A DNA stretch of 52,570 bases from Octopus bimaculoides (taxonomy: Eukaryota): NCBI RefSeq assembly GCF_001194135.2, contig NC_068984.1, forward strand, positions 58,876,988 to 58,929,557, written 5' to 3'. This document shows positions 50,561-52,570 of the stretch, piece by piece (positions within the stretch are counted from its first letter, which is position 1; every line of letters starts with the position of its first letter). The position numbers and the translations under genes were made by a program. The notes below the pieces were generated by a model that was not told the origin of the DNA, did not search any database, and saw only the letters and a program-made list of their open reading frames with translations.

Positions 50561-50770
50561 TGGCTATCTGACAAAATTGTTAACATGCTGAGTAAAATGC
50601 TTAGCAGCATTTTATCCATCTTTGTGTTCTGAGTTCAAATTCCATTAAGGTTGACTTTGCCTTTCATCCTTTCGGGACCAATAAAATAAACACTAGTTGA
50701 GCACTGGGGTCAATATAATCCACTTACCTCCTGCCTTGAAATTACTGGCCCTGTGCCAGAATTTGAAGCC
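50561..50770 (+). mobile_element. Nin-domain-like SINE
   Basis: Homologous to 49082-49290. Confidence 0.75.
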
Positions 50771-51051
50771 AATATTTGAATATCTTGAAAAATGTGCCAT
50801 TCACACTTTTGTTATAAGCAAAGCATCATCATCACCATCATTGGAAATGATGGTGGAATATTGGAAATGAAGGACATGATTTGTGTCACAGTGACCCTTG
50901 TTTGTAATGCTGGTGCGAGCACACACACAAACACATACACACATACACACACACATATATACAGATATATATATACACAAACACACACACACACACACTG
51001 ACACACATAATGAGTTTCTTTCAGTTTCTATCTACCAAATACACTGTACAA

Positions 51052-51178
51052 CAGGTTGTCCACAAAGCTTGAGTGCATGGAGTAAATAAAATCATAACAT
51101 AAATGATTAAATATAAGAAATAATAATTTCTTAAAGTATGTGTTAATCCCCATGTACCCAGACTTTGTGGATACCCTG
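51052..51178. mobile_element. Tc1/mariner-type MITE nested in a SINE
   Basis: TIRs caggttgtccacaaagcttgagtgcatgg / ccatgtacccagactttgtggataccctg; SINE sequence continues on both sides. Confidence 0.7.
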
Positions 51179-51394
51179 TAGAATACACTTTCCCAGGGTG
51201 CCATGCAGTAGGATTGAGCCTGGAATCATGTAGTTGGGAAGTAGACTACTTAAGCTGTCTTATTAAGAAGCTTGCTTTGCAAGTGTCTTCCACAATATCC
51301 TTGGGTTGACCAGTACCTCGTGAGTGAATTTTGTAGATGGGAATTGTGGAAGCCCGTCATGTGTATATATATATATATATATATATTATATATG

Positions 51395-52245
51395 TAGGGT
51401 GCGATGGATAAATTGTCACCATTTTATATTTTTAATTTCATACATGCACAGTGTTTGTCTTTGATTTTGTCGACTACACAGTATAGTAGGGTCTGTTGGG
51501 CATTGTCTGAAAGAAAAACAGCACCATGACACGATTCACTTTGCCAGAAATTTGGAAACAATATGCTGTACTGCTTGGCATTCACACCAGAAGTTCCAAT
51601 ATGAATATTTCAGAGTGTTTGGGTGTCAATCTGAGGACATGTACTGAGAGTGATAAAAATCAAACATCCTGTCAACATTATGGTGCTTGGAGTGATCACT
51701 AGTGATGGCAATGTTAGGCCTTGATATATCTTTCCACATGGCCTCAGACACAACATGGAAGCCCACATCATGTGCCTGGAGGAGGTAGTGCTCCCCTGGC
51801 TCAAGAGGGTGGCTGCTGGAAAACCTTATGTCTGGCAACAGGACTCTACACCATGCCACACAAGCAGAAGAACCCAGTCACGGTTATCAGACAATCTCTG
51901 CGACCACATCACCCCTAACATCTGGCCACCTAACTCCCCAGACTGCAACCCCTTGATTATCATGTGAGGGGTACAGTTGAGTGAGAGACCAACAAAACTC
52001 CTTGTAACATCAATGATGAAATGAAGGCAAGAATGATGGCAGCATTCATGAACTTAAACAAGACGGCTGTCCAGAAGAGTTGTCTAGAGGCAGTGGTTGA
52101 AGCCAATGGCGATTTTATTGAATAAATTTACTCTTTAGTTTCAAGATATTTTTATGTAATTTTGGTAAATATATGTTAAAATGAGATGTCAGTATTATTT
52201 TCTTCTTTGTGTAATTTAGACGACAGTTTATTCAATGTATCCTGT
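51395..52245 (+). mobile_element. Internally deleted Tc1/mariner transposon
   Basis: TIR agggtgcgatggataaattgtc vs gacagtttattcaatgtatcct; C-terminal transposase ORF 51755-51967 (WQQDSTPCHTS, WPPNSPDCNPL); most of the N-terminal part is missing. Confidence 0.85.
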
Positions 52246-52262
52246 GTATGTATATCATATAT

Positions 52263-52570
52263 CATCATCATCATCATCATCATCATCATCGTTTAACGTC
52301 CGCTTTCCATGCTAGCATGGGTTGGACGATTTGACTGGGGACTGGTGCAACCGGATGGCTACACCAGGCTCCAATCTAATTTGGCAGAGTTTCTACAGCT
52401 GGATGCCCTTCCTAATGCCAACTACTCAGAGAGTGTAGTGGGTGCTTTTACGTGTCACCCGCACGAAAACGGCCACGCTCGAAATGGTGTCTTTTATGTG
52501 CCACCCGCACAAGAGCCAGTCCAGGGGCACTGGCAACGATCTCGCTCGAAAACCCTTCAAGGCCAGTCAG
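52263..52570 (-). mobile_element. Young RTE-tail-bearing repeat running off the window
   Basis: (cat)n cgtttaacgtccgctttccatgctagcatgggttggacg, CpG-rich. Confidence 0.8.

Overview
AT-rich eukaryotic genomic DNA, very rich in microsatellites and repeats, with several N gaps. The SINE, RTE-LINE and Tc1/mariner repeat complement resembles an octopus (coleoid cephalopod) genome; this is inferred from recognising the repeats, not from a search. No intact protein-coding gene can be supported: most ORFs in the track are translated microsatellites or N gaps, and the rest are decayed transposon fragments or weak candidate exons. Recognisable content is many tRNA-derived SINEs, an RTE LINE reverse-transcriptase relic, two decayed Tc1/mariner elements, MITEs and a U6 snRNA pseudogene. 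The main signal is about nine type I hammerhead ribozyme (HHR) motifs from at least five unrelated repeat families, read by eye. They occur in a ~330-347 bp tandem/inverted array (32174-33400) that fits a non-LTR retrozyme, in a direct-repeat pair nested in a SINE (6323-7938), inside a long inverted-repeat element (10793-11750), in a head-to-head hairpin (44277-44400) and in a tRNA-headed SINE-like repeat (19262-19540).
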